Origin: a virus
Lineage: Duplodnaviria > Caudoviricetes
DNA: 64,000 nt
IMG/VR virus record: IMGVR_UViG_3300040811_001959
Strand: one strand, 5' to 3'
The notes below the pieces were generated by a model. That model made no database searches. It was not told the origin of the DNA and saw only the letters and a list, made by a program, of their open reading frames with translations. This document shows, piece after piece, positions 16,711 to 27,900 of this stretch (position 1 is its first letter; each line of letters opens with the position of its first letter). A program made the translations under genes and the position numbers.

Positions 16711-18999
16711 ATGGCTGATACAGATATACAAGTAGTCTCAAATAACACAGGAGGAAATGGTGAATCAGCCGCAACAATTAATATTGACAGTAATGACGAT
16801 AGGTTAACTGCTCAGCCTACATTACCTTTTCCAAATGAATTAGATGATTTTGTCAGTTATAATTATATTTTTACCTTAAGTGCTTTAACAGATGAGGAAA
16901 CATCTGCACCAAATGAAACTTATAGGAAATCGGATCCTAAGATAGTTATTTTAAGATCTGGAGGAGGTGCAGACGGTGTTGATACACCTCCAGAAGCGGC
17001 ACTTGGTAAAGTTGAGTATTTTATAGATAATGTAGAAATTAATAGTTTGATAACTCATAATAGGAAAACTAAACAATCAAATGCAACAAGTATTTCTTTC
17101 AATGTTACTGAACCTTATAGTATGGGACTTTTTTTACAAGAATTAAAAGTAGCAGCTCAAAAGGCGAGAGGAGAAATGTCAAATTATCTCGAAGCTCCTT
17201 TTTTATTAACTGTTGAATTTAAAGGATGGGACAGTGATGGAAATTATTTAGAAAAAAAACATCTACGCAGGTTGCTGCCCTTTAAATTTGTTGATATTAA
17301 TTTTAATGTAACCGAAGGTGGTAGTGTTTACAATATAAAAGCAATACCGTGGACTGAACAAGGACAATTAGACGAAGTACAGGCATTAAAAGCTGATGTA
17401 AAATTAACTGGTAGAACAGTAAAAGAAATTTTGCAAACAGGAGCAGATAGTTTGCATTCTATTATTAATTCTCGAGAGCAAGAGCGTAGACGCAAAGGCG
17501 AAATAACAACAGCAAATGAATATGTAATAATTTTTCCTAAAGAAGCGACAGATTCTACATTTAAAGTAGGAGAAGTTGCTGATAATGATGGAACAAAAAC
17601 AACATCATTATATTATAAAAGTCCAGGTGCTTTAAAAACAACTAATTTGTATCAGTCTTCTGTATATGAAAAAGATACTGCAAGTTTAGGAGAATTTGTT
17701 GATGATTTAGATAATCCAGATCAGACAATTTTGGGTGTAACAGTTAATAGGAGTAATCTAGGAGAAATAGCAAGAACATTTGCAGAATCAGCTGAAACAA
17801 ATAATGCAATTGGTAAGGGAAAACTTGTTGATTCATTTTTAGATGGAACAAAAAAACCTTTTGGCAGACCAAGATTTACCGAATTAGATGACAAAGATGG
17901 AATTTTTGAAAGAGGAAAAATACAGGTAAGTGACAATTTATCTACTTTAACTTTTAAAACCGGAACAACGATACAAGAAATTATAGAAGAAGTAGTTATT
18001 TTAAGCGATTATGGTCGCACAATTGCAGATGCAAAGCCGGACGGATATGGAATGATACCTTGGTTCAGGGTCGATGTAGAAGTTTATAATTTAAAAGATA
18101 CACCGCAAGAAATTAACACAGGAAAACCTCCAAGGTTGTATGTTTACAGGGTTGTACCGTATAAAGCCCATATAAGTAGATACCAGTCTAGTTCAGAACC
18201 TAGTATTACGGCTGCATTACGAAAGCAATGTGCAAAAGAATATAATTATATTTTTACAGGTGTAAATGATAATGTACTTGAATTTGATATTAATTTTAAT
18301 AAAGCATTCTATCTTGCAGCCCAACCGTTTGGCGGAATAGATAAAGGTAGTATAAAAAGTGACGAGGAAGATGCAAGGGCAGGTGTCTCGACACAAAAAC
18401 ACAGACCACCTGTGCCGGGTAATATTGCTACAGATTCTTCGTCAGGAAGTAAATCGACAGAAGAAAGTCCAAAAACACAAACAGGATCAGTAGGCGGAGG
18501 GCAACCAGACAAACTTAGCACAGGAGTTGCAAGAGATTTTAACGATGCTCTTCTTAATAGTCCAGTTGATTTAGTAAACACAACTATGACTATTTGGGGT
18601 GATCCTTATTTTATAACTGATAGTGGGTATGGTAATTTCCATGCAATACCTAGTCAAGAGTTTATAAATGTAAATGAGGACGGAACAATGAATTATCAAG
18701 ATAGTGAAGTGCATATTATTGTAAATTTTAGAACACCGTTTGATACAAACGCTGATAATGGATTTATGGATTTCAATGGTGTTGGCTTAGAAGATACTGC
18801 TGCATATAGTGGTATATATCAGGTTATATCAGTTGTACATAGTTTTGCCGAAGGAAAATTTACACAAAAGTTAAAAATGATTAGGATAAGAAATCAAGAA
18901 GGAGTTGATACAAAACAAAAAGCAGATCCTGAAAAAGGCATAATGAGAGGATTAGATGAATTTGAACAATCTATAATTAATTCTGGAGGTTATTTGTAA
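16711..18999 (+). CDS. Baseplate hub protein (gp27 / phage late control D-like)
   Basis: 762 aa between the gp53-like and gp5-like genes; C-terminal 'MTIWGDPYF...YSGIYQVISVVHSF.EGKFTQ.L' hub motif. Confidence 0.6.
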   Translation: MADTDIQVVSNNTGGNGESAATINIDSNDDRLTAQPTLPFPNELDDFVSYNYIFTLSALTDEETSAPNETYRKSDPKIVILRSGGGADGVDTPPEAALGKVEYFIDNVEINSLITHNRKTKQSNATSISFNVTEPYSMGLFLQELKVAAQKARGEMSNYLEAPFLLTVEFKGWDSDGNYLEKKHLRRLLPFKFVDINFNVTEGGSVYNIKAIPWTEQGQLDEVQALKADVKLTGRTVKEILQTGADSLHSIINSREQERRRKGEITTANEYVIIFPKEATDSTFKVGEVADNDGTKTTSLYYKSPGALKTTNLYQSSVYEKDTASLGEFVDDLDNPDQTILGVTVNRSNLGEIARTFAESAETNNAIGKGKLVDSFLDGTKKPFGRPRFTELDDKDGIFERGKIQVSDNLSTLTFKTGTTIQEIIEEVVILSDYGRTIADAKPDGYGMIPWFRVDVEVYNLKDTPQEINTGKPPRLYVYRVVPYKAHISRYQSSSEPSITAALRKQCAKEYNYIFTGVNDNVLEFDINFNKAFYLAAQPFGGIDKGSIKSDEEDARAGVSTQKHRPPVPGNIATDSSSGSKSTEESPKTQTGSVGGGQPDKLSTGVARDFNDALLNSPVDLVNTTMTIWGDPYFITDSGYGNFHAIPSQEFINVNEDGTMNYQDSEVHIIVNFRTPFDTNADNGFMDFNGVGLEDTAAYSGIYQVISVVHSFAEGKFTQKLKMIRIRNQEGVDTKQKADPEKGIMRGLDEFEQSIINSGGYL

Positions 19000-21005
19000 T
19001 GGCAAGTCAAGGATCTCGTACCCAATATTCTAGGGGGTCTAAACCAACCTGGATGACAGGAGTCGGCCCTTATGTAGGTAGGGTTACAAATCATTTAGAT
19101 ACAGAATACATGGGTTCAATCGAAGTTGAAATTTTAAAAACAACAGAAGCTGGTAGTCCAGGAGAAAGTACTGGATATTATATACCTTGTTCATACGTAA
19201 GTCCATTTATGGGTAATACTCCACGAAAAGGAGTTGGAAACAATCCTGGTTATGATTATACGCAAAAAAGTTATGGTTTTTGGGGAGTTCCTCCTGATTT
19301 GAATGTAAAAGTTCTAGTATTAATGGCAGAAAATAACTTTGGATATGGTTTTTGGATAGGTTGTTTGCAAGACAAATATATGAATTTTATGATGCCAGGT
19401 AATGCATCAACAACTTATAGTAACGACCCAGATGGAAAATATACTGGTAAGATTGTTCCTGTTGGCGAATACAATAAAGTACTAGAAACAGGAACAGGTA
19501 ATGATCCTACTCAATACATAAAATCTGTAGATAAAGATAGAGCCGATATATTAGAGCATCAGGGTTTAACCAAATGGGATGATAATATTGTAGACCAAAC
19601 TCGAGGAACGACTACTTCTAGTGCTAGAAGAGAGGTTCCTAGTATGGTTTTAGGAATCAGTAGTCCAGGACACCCTGATAGACGTAGTGGTAAACCTAAG
19701 GCTAGATATGGAGAAAAGTTTGGCGAAACAAATATTCCTTTTAGTAGATTAGGTGGCACAAGTTTTGTAATGGATGACGGCGATGAAAAAATTCTAAGGA
19801 AAAAACCTGCAAACACTGATCCTCCTGAATATGCTTACGTAGAAAAAAGAGAAACTGACGGAGATGTTGCTTTACCGCATAATGAACTTACGAGATGGCG
19901 CACACGAACTGGTCATCAAATAGTAATGCATAATACAGAAGATTTAATCTACATAATTAACGCCCAAGGCAATGCATGGATTGAATTAACAAGTAATGGA
20001 AAAATTGACATTTACACAGATGATAGTGTTAGTATACATTCTGAAACTGATTTTAATTTGAAAGCAAATAGAGATATCAACTTAGAAGCCTCTGGTAATG
20101 TCAATATTAAAGCTAGAGAGCAAATGCGTTTAGAATCTGGCAATGCTACCCATTGGAAAGTTGGTACAGCAGAAGTTAAAAAAGATCCTGCACTGAGACC
20201 TGAGTTAGGTATTAAGAACGAAGACGGAACATGGAAATGGAATAGTTTTGAAGATTTACCAACGGTAGAACAACCAGGTGATAATTTGTATATAGATGTA
20301 AGTAGAGATGTATATTGGAAGGTAGGAACTCATCCTAAATTAGGGGATTTTAAATTAGAAATTTCTCAAGATAGTCATACAACTGTTGATAGAGATTTTT
20401 TCTTGTTAGCAAAAAATAATATCCATCAGCATTCAAATAAGGCAACGTTCCATCTAGCTGATACAACTTTTGATCAAAAGTCTGGAGATGATTTTAAACA
20501 GTTTACATCTAAAAATATGCATATAAAAGCAGGTTTAAATATGCGAATTTATGCAGATACAACAGCAGTTTTAAAATCAAAAGTTTGTTACATAACAGCA
20601 ATGAATACTAATCATATAAAAGCAGGTAATATTAATTATGTAACGGCTGGTGCAAGTAATGAATATAATGCACCTATTAATAATATGAGTAAGCTGCAAT
20701 ATTTTGGAAGCGGATCAGCTAAAGGATCAAATGGTATTACAGCGGATACTGCAGAACCTGCAATTGATGCATTGTTACCTGAATGTGCTCATCATACTTT
20801 TATACCAATACGTATTCCTATGCACGAACCGTATTACAGCCATGAAAATTTAGAACCTAAAACATTTTATCCAGATAAAACAGATAGTACAATATCAATT
20901 GACGATGCGTGTGAATTTGCAATAAAATACGAACAAGAAGAAATAAAGACTCCTCTAATATTTAACGGAGGAGCTCAAGACGATACATTTAAGAAAGGTA
21001 AATGA
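18999..21005 (+). CDS. gp5: Baseplate central spike (gp5/VgrG-like OB fold plus beta-helix), no lysozyme domain
   Basis: N-terminal OB-fold motifs (GRVTNHLD..YMG.IEV, YGFWGVPPD...VLV.......GFWIGC), then RTRTGHQI..H..E and beta-strand repeats; directly upstream of gp25. Confidence 0.75.
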   Translation: MASQGSRTQYSRGSKPTWMTGVGPYVGRVTNHLDTEYMGSIEVEILKTTEAGSPGESTGYYIPCSYVSPFMGNTPRKGVGNNPGYDYTQKSYGFWGVPPDLNVKVLVLMAENNFGYGFWIGCLQDKYMNFMMPGNASTTYSNDPDGKYTGKIVPVGEYNKVLETGTGNDPTQYIKSVDKDRADILEHQGLTKWDDNIVDQTRGTTTSSARREVPSMVLGISSPGHPDRRSGKPKARYGEKFGETNIPFSRLGGTSFVMDDGDEKILRKKPANTDPPEYAYVEKRETDGDVALPHNELTRWRTRTGHQIVMHNTEDLIYIINAQGNAWIELTSNGKIDIYTDDSVSIHSETDFNLKANRDINLEASGNVNIKAREQMRLESGNATHWKVGTAEVKKDPALRPELGIKNEDGTWKWNSFEDLPTVEQPGDNLYIDVSRDVYWKVGTHPKLGDFKLEISQDSHTTVDRDFFLLAKNNIHQHSNKATFHLADTTFDQKSGDDFKQFTSKNMHIKAGLNMRIYADTTAVLKSKVCYITAMNTNHIKAGNINYVTAGASNEYNAPINNMSKLQYFGSGSAKGSNGITADTAEPAIDALLPECAHHTFIPIRIPMHEPYYSHENLEPKTFYPDKTDSTISIDDACEFAIKYEQEEIKTPLIFNGGAQDDTFKKGK

Positions 21006-21448
21006 TGAATCTTACAAATCTTTATAAAGATATTACAATAAAAAATGCTAACAAAACGCAAAGATTTAAACCAGGATCAAAAACTTATCGTGGTATAAGC
21101 ACCATCAATAGTGCTACAAATTCACAATTATACGATCTTGCATTAATTAAGCAAGATATTATAAATCATTTTCATATTAGACAAGGAGAAAAGTTATCTG
21201 ATCCTACATTTGGTACAATTTTATGGGATATTTTGTTTGAACCTTTAACTCCACAATTAAGAAATTTAATAATTGATAATGTAAACAGAATAATTAGAAG
21301 TGACCCAAGGGTTAAAATGGCAAGTGTAATTGTAGATGAATATGAAAGTGGAATACAAGTTGAGTGTGATTTGATTTACCTTCCTTATAATATACAGGAC
21401 AAAATGAGATTAGCATTTGATCGCAGAGCTGGATTTTTATCATCGTAA
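21002..21448 (+). CDS. gp25: Baseplate wedge subunit (gp25-like)
   Basis: LIKQDIINHF.IRQGEKL.DP.FGT.LWD.LFEP...I...DPRV motif. Confidence 0.9.
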   Translation: MMNLTNLYKDITIKNANKTQRFKPGSKTYRGISTINSATNSQLYDLALIKQDIINHFHIRQGEKLSDPTFGTILWDILFEPLTPQLRNLIIDNVNRIIRSDPRVKMASVIVDEYESGIQVECDLIYLPYNIQDKMRLAFDRRAGFLSS

Positions 21449-21453
21449 AATGC

Positions 21454-21476
21454 GTATTTAATTTGCAAATAAATAC
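21454..21476. promoter_or_regulatory. Near-perfect palindrome containing the late-promoter motif aATAAATA (21468-21475) upstream of gp6
   Basis: gtattta-a-tttgcaaa-taaatac; followed by AAGGA and ATG 21492. Confidence 0.5.
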
Positions 21477-21491
21477 ATAAAAGGATTTAAT

Positions 21492-24400
21492 ATGGCATCA
21501 ACTGATAGACAAAATAGATTATTAGTAGCCGAAGACTGGAAAAGAATATACCAAAGTTATACAAGTGCAGAATTTCAAAGTTATGATTTTGACAGTCTTC
21601 GCAGGGTAATGATAAATTATCTAAGAGAAAAGTATCCTGAAGATTTTAATGATTATATTGAAAGTTCAGAATATATAGCGTTAATTGACTTAATTGCATT
21701 CTTAGGACAAAATTTATCTTTTAGGATTGATTTAAATGCTAGAGAAAACTTTTTAGAGTTAGCCGAGCGTAGAGAAAGTGTATTACGATTAGCAAGATTA
21801 CTAAGTTATAGTCCTAAAAGAAATATTTGTGCAAATGGATTATTGAAAATAACTAGTGTAAGAACAACAGAAAGCATTATTGATTCTAACAATCTAAATT
21901 TAGAAGGGCAAAATATTATATGGAATGACCCTAGTAATAATAACTGGTATGAGCAGTACATTAGAGTGTTAAATGCTGCATTTGATGTCAATAATAAATT
22001 TGGACAACCGTATAAAAGTGATACAATTAATAATTTATTAACAGAAAGATATAGAGTAAATTCATCGCAAACAGGATTACCTATTTTTAATTTTGCAAAA
22101 TCTATCGATGGTCAGACAGTCAGATTTGAAATAGTTCCTGTTGATTTTTCAAACGATATTATTGAAAAAGCACCTTTACCAGGAGATAAATTTAGCCTTT
22201 TATACAGAGAAGATGGTATAGGACCTGCTAGTATTAATACTGGATTTTTCGTTATGTTTAAACAAGGTACTTTAGATCAAGGAAATTTTACAGTAGAAAG
22301 TCCAAATGCTAATCAAATTGTAACTATAGATTCCATTAATATAAACAATGACGATGTATGGTTATATTCACTAAATGCAGATACTTCAATAAATGAATTA
22401 TGGACAAAAGTTGATGCAATTGAAGGAAACAATATAATTTATAATGATGTCGGAAAAGATATAAGGAATATTTATTCTGTATTAACCAGGGTTAATGACA
22501 GGATTAGTTTAATTTTTTCAGATGGAACTTTTGGTGCGCTTCCTCAAGGTAATTTTAGAGTTTATTATCGCACAAGTAGAAATTCAAATTTAGTAATAAA
22601 TCCGAGAGATATGTTAGGCATTGGTATTTCAATTGATTATACAAGTGCGAGCCAAAAAATTGAAACTTTAAATTTAGTTTTAGAATTACAGTATACAGTT
22701 GATAATGCGTCTATAGCAGAGTCTAATGATTCAATAAAGCAAAGAGCGCCTATGAGTTATTATACACAAAATCGGTTAATTACAGCAGAAGATTATCAGA
22801 TTGGACCATTATTAGCAAGTACAAAAATTGTAAAAACTAAAAGTATTAACAGGTTATCATCTGGCATTTCACGATATATTGATTTGAAAGATGCAACAGG
22901 AAAATATAGTAAAACAAATTTATTTGCTACAGACGGAATTTTATATAAAGAAATTTTTACAAAAAAATTTAATTTTACTTTTGAAACAGATTTAGATATT
23001 GAAAAAGTTTTACTAAATCAAGTCAATCCTTTGTTAAATGCAACACAAACGAAAAATTATTATTTTCATGTAGTTGCTGCTATTCCATATGTAGATCAAG
23101 GGTTGACTTGGGTAGATGTTTATAATGATGTAAATTACTTTACAGGGTATTTACAAAATAGCAACAATATTAGACAAGTTTTAGGAACTTTTACCCAGTC
23201 TATTTTAAAATTTATTAGGCCTAATAGTTTGTTAAAATTTGTACCGCCTAACGGTATGCATTTTGATCCAGATGGAAATTTAAAGATTGGTCAAGCAGAT
23301 TATAAAAATTCAACAAACTATAAATGGGTTAAATGTATAAAATTTGAAAATGACGGTACTAACGAGCTAGATAATGGCGATGGTCCAGTTTTATTAAATG
23401 ATTTTATTCCTACTGGTGCAATATTAGCAGAAATTAGACCTTTTGTATCTCAAATACTTACTGATGATGTAAAAAAAGAAGTAGTGTCATTAATCTTAGC
23501 TTATCAAACATTTGGTTTACGATTTGATAGAGGCACTGCTAAATGGCAAATTATTAAAGAAGAAAATTTAAATGTTGTAGATAACTATAATGAAGGAAAA
23601 GCAGGCGACATAACTGGCCAGAAATTAGATTCAACATGGATAATAAAATTTACAACATCGAGAGAGATATATGATGTTGAGCACAGAGCTGCTAGGTACA
23701 TATTTGAAAGCGAAAACGAAGTAAATTTTTATTTTGACGAGTCGGATAAAATTTATGATAACAGAACTGGAAAAATTATCAAAGATAAAATCTCAGTTCT
23801 GTCAATTAATACTTTGCCTTTTTATAATGATCAACAGGGAACAGAAAATTTTACACAAGATTTCAATTGGCAAATTATGGAATCCTATAGAGATGAATTA
23901 GGATATGTAACGAGTGATAAAGTTGCAGTTGAGTTTTTTGACAGTGACGATGACGGAATATCAGATGATGAAAGTATGTTTGAGGAGATTGTAAATCCTA
24001 GTTATAACAATGGATTAAATTCTTTTGTATTTCAAGAAAAATATCTTTCGGTAAATGGAGTAGAGAGATATAAGCATTTTCCTAATAATAATAATGAAAT
24101 CATAGTTTTACAAACAAAAAATAATGTAGGACCGCTAAGTCAATATGATAATAATCAAATATTTTATTACATTGATACAAATATTTTTCAAAAATTTAAT
24201 AAAAATCTAAATTTACTTGATACAATAGTTGATTATAAAGCATTTTTAGGTAGAAATAATTTAAAGTTTCAATATGAACACGCAGCTGATCAATCTGCAC
24301 GTATCGATCCAAGTCAAACAAACATTGTTGATGTTTACGTGTTAACTTCAGATTATGATACTCAATTTAGAAAATATTTGAATAATACTATTACAACAAA

Positions 24401-24923
24401 ACCGTTACCATTATCAAGTGACCAACTTTATGTAAGTTATGGTACCCAATTAAATTCTATTAAATCAATTACAGATGAACTAATATATCATCCTGCCAAA
24501 TATAGAATAATTTTTGGAAGTAAAGCAGACGAGACATTGCAGGTAATATTTAAAGTAATAAAAAATACTGAATTAGTGTTAAATGATAATGAAGTAAAGT
24601 CTAGAATAGTAACTTATATAAATCAATTCTTTTCTTTAACAAATTGGGATTTTGGAGAAACATTTTATTTTTCCGAATTATCAGCTTACATAATTAAAGA
24701 AATGGCTCCGGATATTACAACATTATTAATAGTTCCAGTTCAAATTGAACAAGTATATGGAAGTCTTTATCAAATAAAATGCGAAGATGACGAATTGTTA
24801 ATTAGTGGAGCAACAGTAAGCGATATAGAAATTATTGATGAAATTAGTGCAGATAAAATTAAAGCAACTGGAGCAGTTGTTGTTAGTTCTTATTCAGCAA
24901 ACACAGGAATACAGTCTTCATAA
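21492..24923 (+). CDS. gp6: Baseplate wedge protein (gp6-like, extended, 1143 aa)
   Basis: DFDSLR..MINYL...YPEDFNDYIESSE..ALID.IA, ENFLE.AERRESVLRLA..L.Y, and ES..SIK..AP..Y.TQNR.ITAEDY motifs. Confidence 0.9.
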   Translation: MASTDRQNRLLVAEDWKRIYQSYTSAEFQSYDFDSLRRVMINYLREKYPEDFNDYIESSEYIALIDLIAFLGQNLSFRIDLNARENFLELAERRESVLRLARLLSYSPKRNICANGLLKITSVRTTESIIDSNNLNLEGQNIIWNDPSNNNWYEQYIRVLNAAFDVNNKFGQPYKSDTINNLLTERYRVNSSQTGLPIFNFAKSIDGQTVRFEIVPVDFSNDIIEKAPLPGDKFSLLYREDGIGPASINTGFFVMFKQGTLDQGNFTVESPNANQIVTIDSININNDDVWLYSLNADTSINELWTKVDAIEGNNIIYNDVGKDIRNIYSVLTRVNDRISLIFSDGTFGALPQGNFRVYYRTSRNSNLVINPRDMLGIGISIDYTSASQKIETLNLVLELQYTVDNASIAESNDSIKQRAPMSYYTQNRLITAEDYQIGPLLASTKIVKTKSINRLSSGISRYIDLKDATGKYSKTNLFATDGILYKEIFTKKFNFTFETDLDIEKVLLNQVNPLLNATQTKNYYFHVVAAIPYVDQGLTWVDVYNDVNYFTGYLQNSNNIRQVLGTFTQSILKFIRPNSLLKFVPPNGMHFDPDGNLKIGQADYKNSTNYKWVKCIKFENDGTNELDNGDGPVLLNDFIPTGAILAEIRPFVSQILTDDVKKEVVSLILAYQTFGLRFDRGTAKWQIIKEENLNVVDNYNEGKAGDITGQKLDSTWIIKFTTSREIYDVEHRAARYIFESENEVNFYFDESDKIYDNRTGKIIKDKISVLSINTLPFYNDQQGTENFTQDFNWQIMESYRDELGYVTSDKVAVEFFDSDDDGISDDESMFEEIVNPSYNNGLNSFVFQEKYLSVNGVERYKHFPNNNNEIIVLQTKNNVGPLSQYDNNQIFYYIDTNIFQKFNKNLNLLDTIVDYKAFLGRNNLKFQYEHAADQSARIDPSQTNIVDVYVLTSDYDTQFRKYLNNTITTKPLPLSSDQLYVSYGTQLNSIKSITDELIYHPAKYRIIFGSKADETLQVIFKVIKNTELVLNDNEVKSRIVTYINQFFSLTNWDFGETFYFSELSAYIIKEMAPDITTLLIVPVQIEQVYGSLYQIKCEDDELLISGATVSDIEIIDEISADKIKATGAVVVSSYSANTGIQSS

Positions 24924-24935
24924 TAAGGATAGTTA

Positions 24936-27900
24936 ATGGCGTATAAAGATAATCAAACAGATCCAGCATTACCGGCAGATAATTTACCTAGACGAGAAAC
25001 AGTAAATCATTTACCTAAATATTTTAGGACAGATTTTAATAAAAAATTTTTAAATGCTACATTAGATCAAATGGTTCAACCTGGTGTTGTTGAAAAAATA
25101 AACGGTTTTTATGGTAAAAAAAATGCAAAAGCTTTTGATGCAAATGACAATTATATAAATGATATAACACCAGATAGACAAAATTATCAGTTAGAACCAA
25201 TTACTATATCTAAAGATAATTTAAACAATATTAATTTTTTTGCAGATTATAATGATTATATTAATTTCATTAAAATTAGACATGGAAATTTAGATCATAG
25301 TGTTCTTAACAGTCAAGAATATTATTCATGGAATCCCCATATCAATTGGGATAAATTCATAAATTTTAGAGAATATTATTGGTTACCAAACGGACCAGAA
25401 ACAATTACTATTTCTGGTCAATCAAAAGAAGTAGTAAGTGAATATACTGTAAGTTTGCGCGATAATGATGATAATTTTACATATATTTTTACTCCAGATG
25501 GATTGACAAATAATCCTAGTCTTACTTTATATAGAGGACAAACTTATAGGTTTGATGTAAATACGCCAAATTATCCTATCGCATTTGTTTCAAGAATAAC
25601 ATTTACACCAGGAGAAGAAATTGATGCTGAATATAATTCATCTTTAATTTATACTAATGGTATTAAAAAAATAGACAGAGATGGCTTAGAAATTACAGCT
25701 GATTTTGTTGACGATGGCATAATAGAGTTTGTTGTTCCTGAAGTAGCACCTGATAATCTTTTTTATATTTCTAAAGATGATCCAAATTTGTCTGGTATTA
25801 TAAAAATATTTGATGTTGTAGAAAATACTGAAATAAATGTAGATAAAGAAATTTTAGGAAAAAAGTCATATTTAACAAGCGGTGGCTTTCATTTATCAAA
25901 TGGAATGAAGATAGAATTTGCAGGAAATGTTTTTCCAGAAGAATTTAGTACTGGAGAATATTATGTAGAAGGTGTCGGAGAGAAAATTGAGCTTATAGAC
26001 ACAAATAGATTAAAATTGTCTAGTTTATTTGTAGATGATTTAGAAATACCGTTTGATGATAACGGGTTTGATCAATATCCATACAGTGAAGCTTTAGGAT
26101 ATGCTGTAAGTAAAGATTATATAACAATTAATAGAAGTTCAATAGATGGAAATTTGTGGAGCAAGTACAACCGATGGTTTCATATTGACGTTATAGAACA
26201 ATCATTAAAAATTAATAATCAAGCAATTGAAATAAATCAAAATTTAAGGGCAAAAAGACCAATAATTGAATTTGAAAAAAACTTAAAATTGTTTGAGTTT
26301 GGAACAGTTGCAAAAAATGATGTTTGGTTAGTAGATGACGTAACAACAGATGTTTTTTCTACAATAGAAGGAAGTATTGGTTATAATATTGACGGAGTTG
26401 ATTTAACTGAAGGTATTAGGATTCTTTTTTTAGCTGACAATGATATTTTAGTTAAAGGCAAAATTTTTAAAGTAAAATTTATTACAGTTAACAATAATAC
26501 TCAAATTACACTTATTGAAGAACCTGATACTAATCCAATTGAAAATGAGAATGTATTAGTAAGAGAAGGAAAAACATATAAAAGTAAATCATTGTATTAT
26601 GACGGAAATGAGTGGAAGATTTGTCAACAAAAAAATAATGTTAATCAAGCTCCACTATTTGATATGTATGATTACAATGGAGTGGCATTTACTGATTCAA
26701 ATGTGTATCCGTTTTCACAATTTAGTGGAAATAAAATTTTTAGTTATAAAGAAAGCTCTAATACAATTGACGTTGAATTAGGGTTTGGGTTATCCTATAG
26801 AAATATTGTTAATAGTGGCGATATAATATTTGAATTCAATTTATTACAAGATAGTTTTCCATTTACAAATAATAATAATCTAGTTACTGAAGTAAAAACT
26901 GATATTGGATTTTTAAGAAAATACAGTAGTTTAACTGATTATGTGTCTGTGAATGGGTGGTCAACTGCTAGTACTAAAACACAACAAGTTGTAATTAGAC
27001 AATATGTAGTAGAAGATGTAACAAATTTATTTGAAATAGATGTGTATGATAATTATATTGATGATAAAGAATTATGGTTACGAGTTTATGTTAATGGAAA
27101 TATAAAAGAGCTTGATAAAGATTATTTTTTAGAAAGAAATGTAAATGATGATCTGTTTATTAATTTTGTTATACCTATAAAATTAAAAGATAATATTATT
27201 ATAAAAACAAAATATAAAAGTATAAAAAATGATAACGGATATTATGAATTACCTTATAGTTTAGAAAGAAATCCTTTAAATGAAAACGTTACAGATTTTA
27301 CTCTTGGCGAAGTTATAGATCACGGTTCTACTATTGTAGAAGAAAGTACATCATTTAGAGGAAAATTTCCTGGAAAAAGTAATTTACGAGATTTAGGTAA
27401 TTTATCTATTTATGGCAGGAAATTTTTAAAACATACCTGTCCATTAAATTTGTCAATCTATCATTTATTAGATAAAGATGTAAACGTGTTAGCCGCTATT
27501 GATAATGCAAACGATTTATACGGAAAATTTAAAAGACAATTTGTAGAAATAGCTAATGATTTAGGTTACAATGGACCAATTAAAGAGCATGTTGATTTAA
27601 TATTAGATGAATATACAAAAGGAAAAAACAATAAAGATCCTTATTTTTTCAGTGATATGGCTGCCAGTAAAGGGGTAATTGTTTACAAAGAAATAATAGT
27701 TGATACTGATCAAAGGTATTTTCAATTGTCTAAAATACATAATAACAATATGTTGGGTAATAAAGCAGTCAGCGTTTATAGAAATGGTAAACAATTGATC
27801 TATGGTCAGGATTATACTTTTAACACTGAAGGATTTGTTGATTTTTTTGGATTTAAAAAAGTTGACGATATTATAGAAATATGTGAGTATGACAATACCA

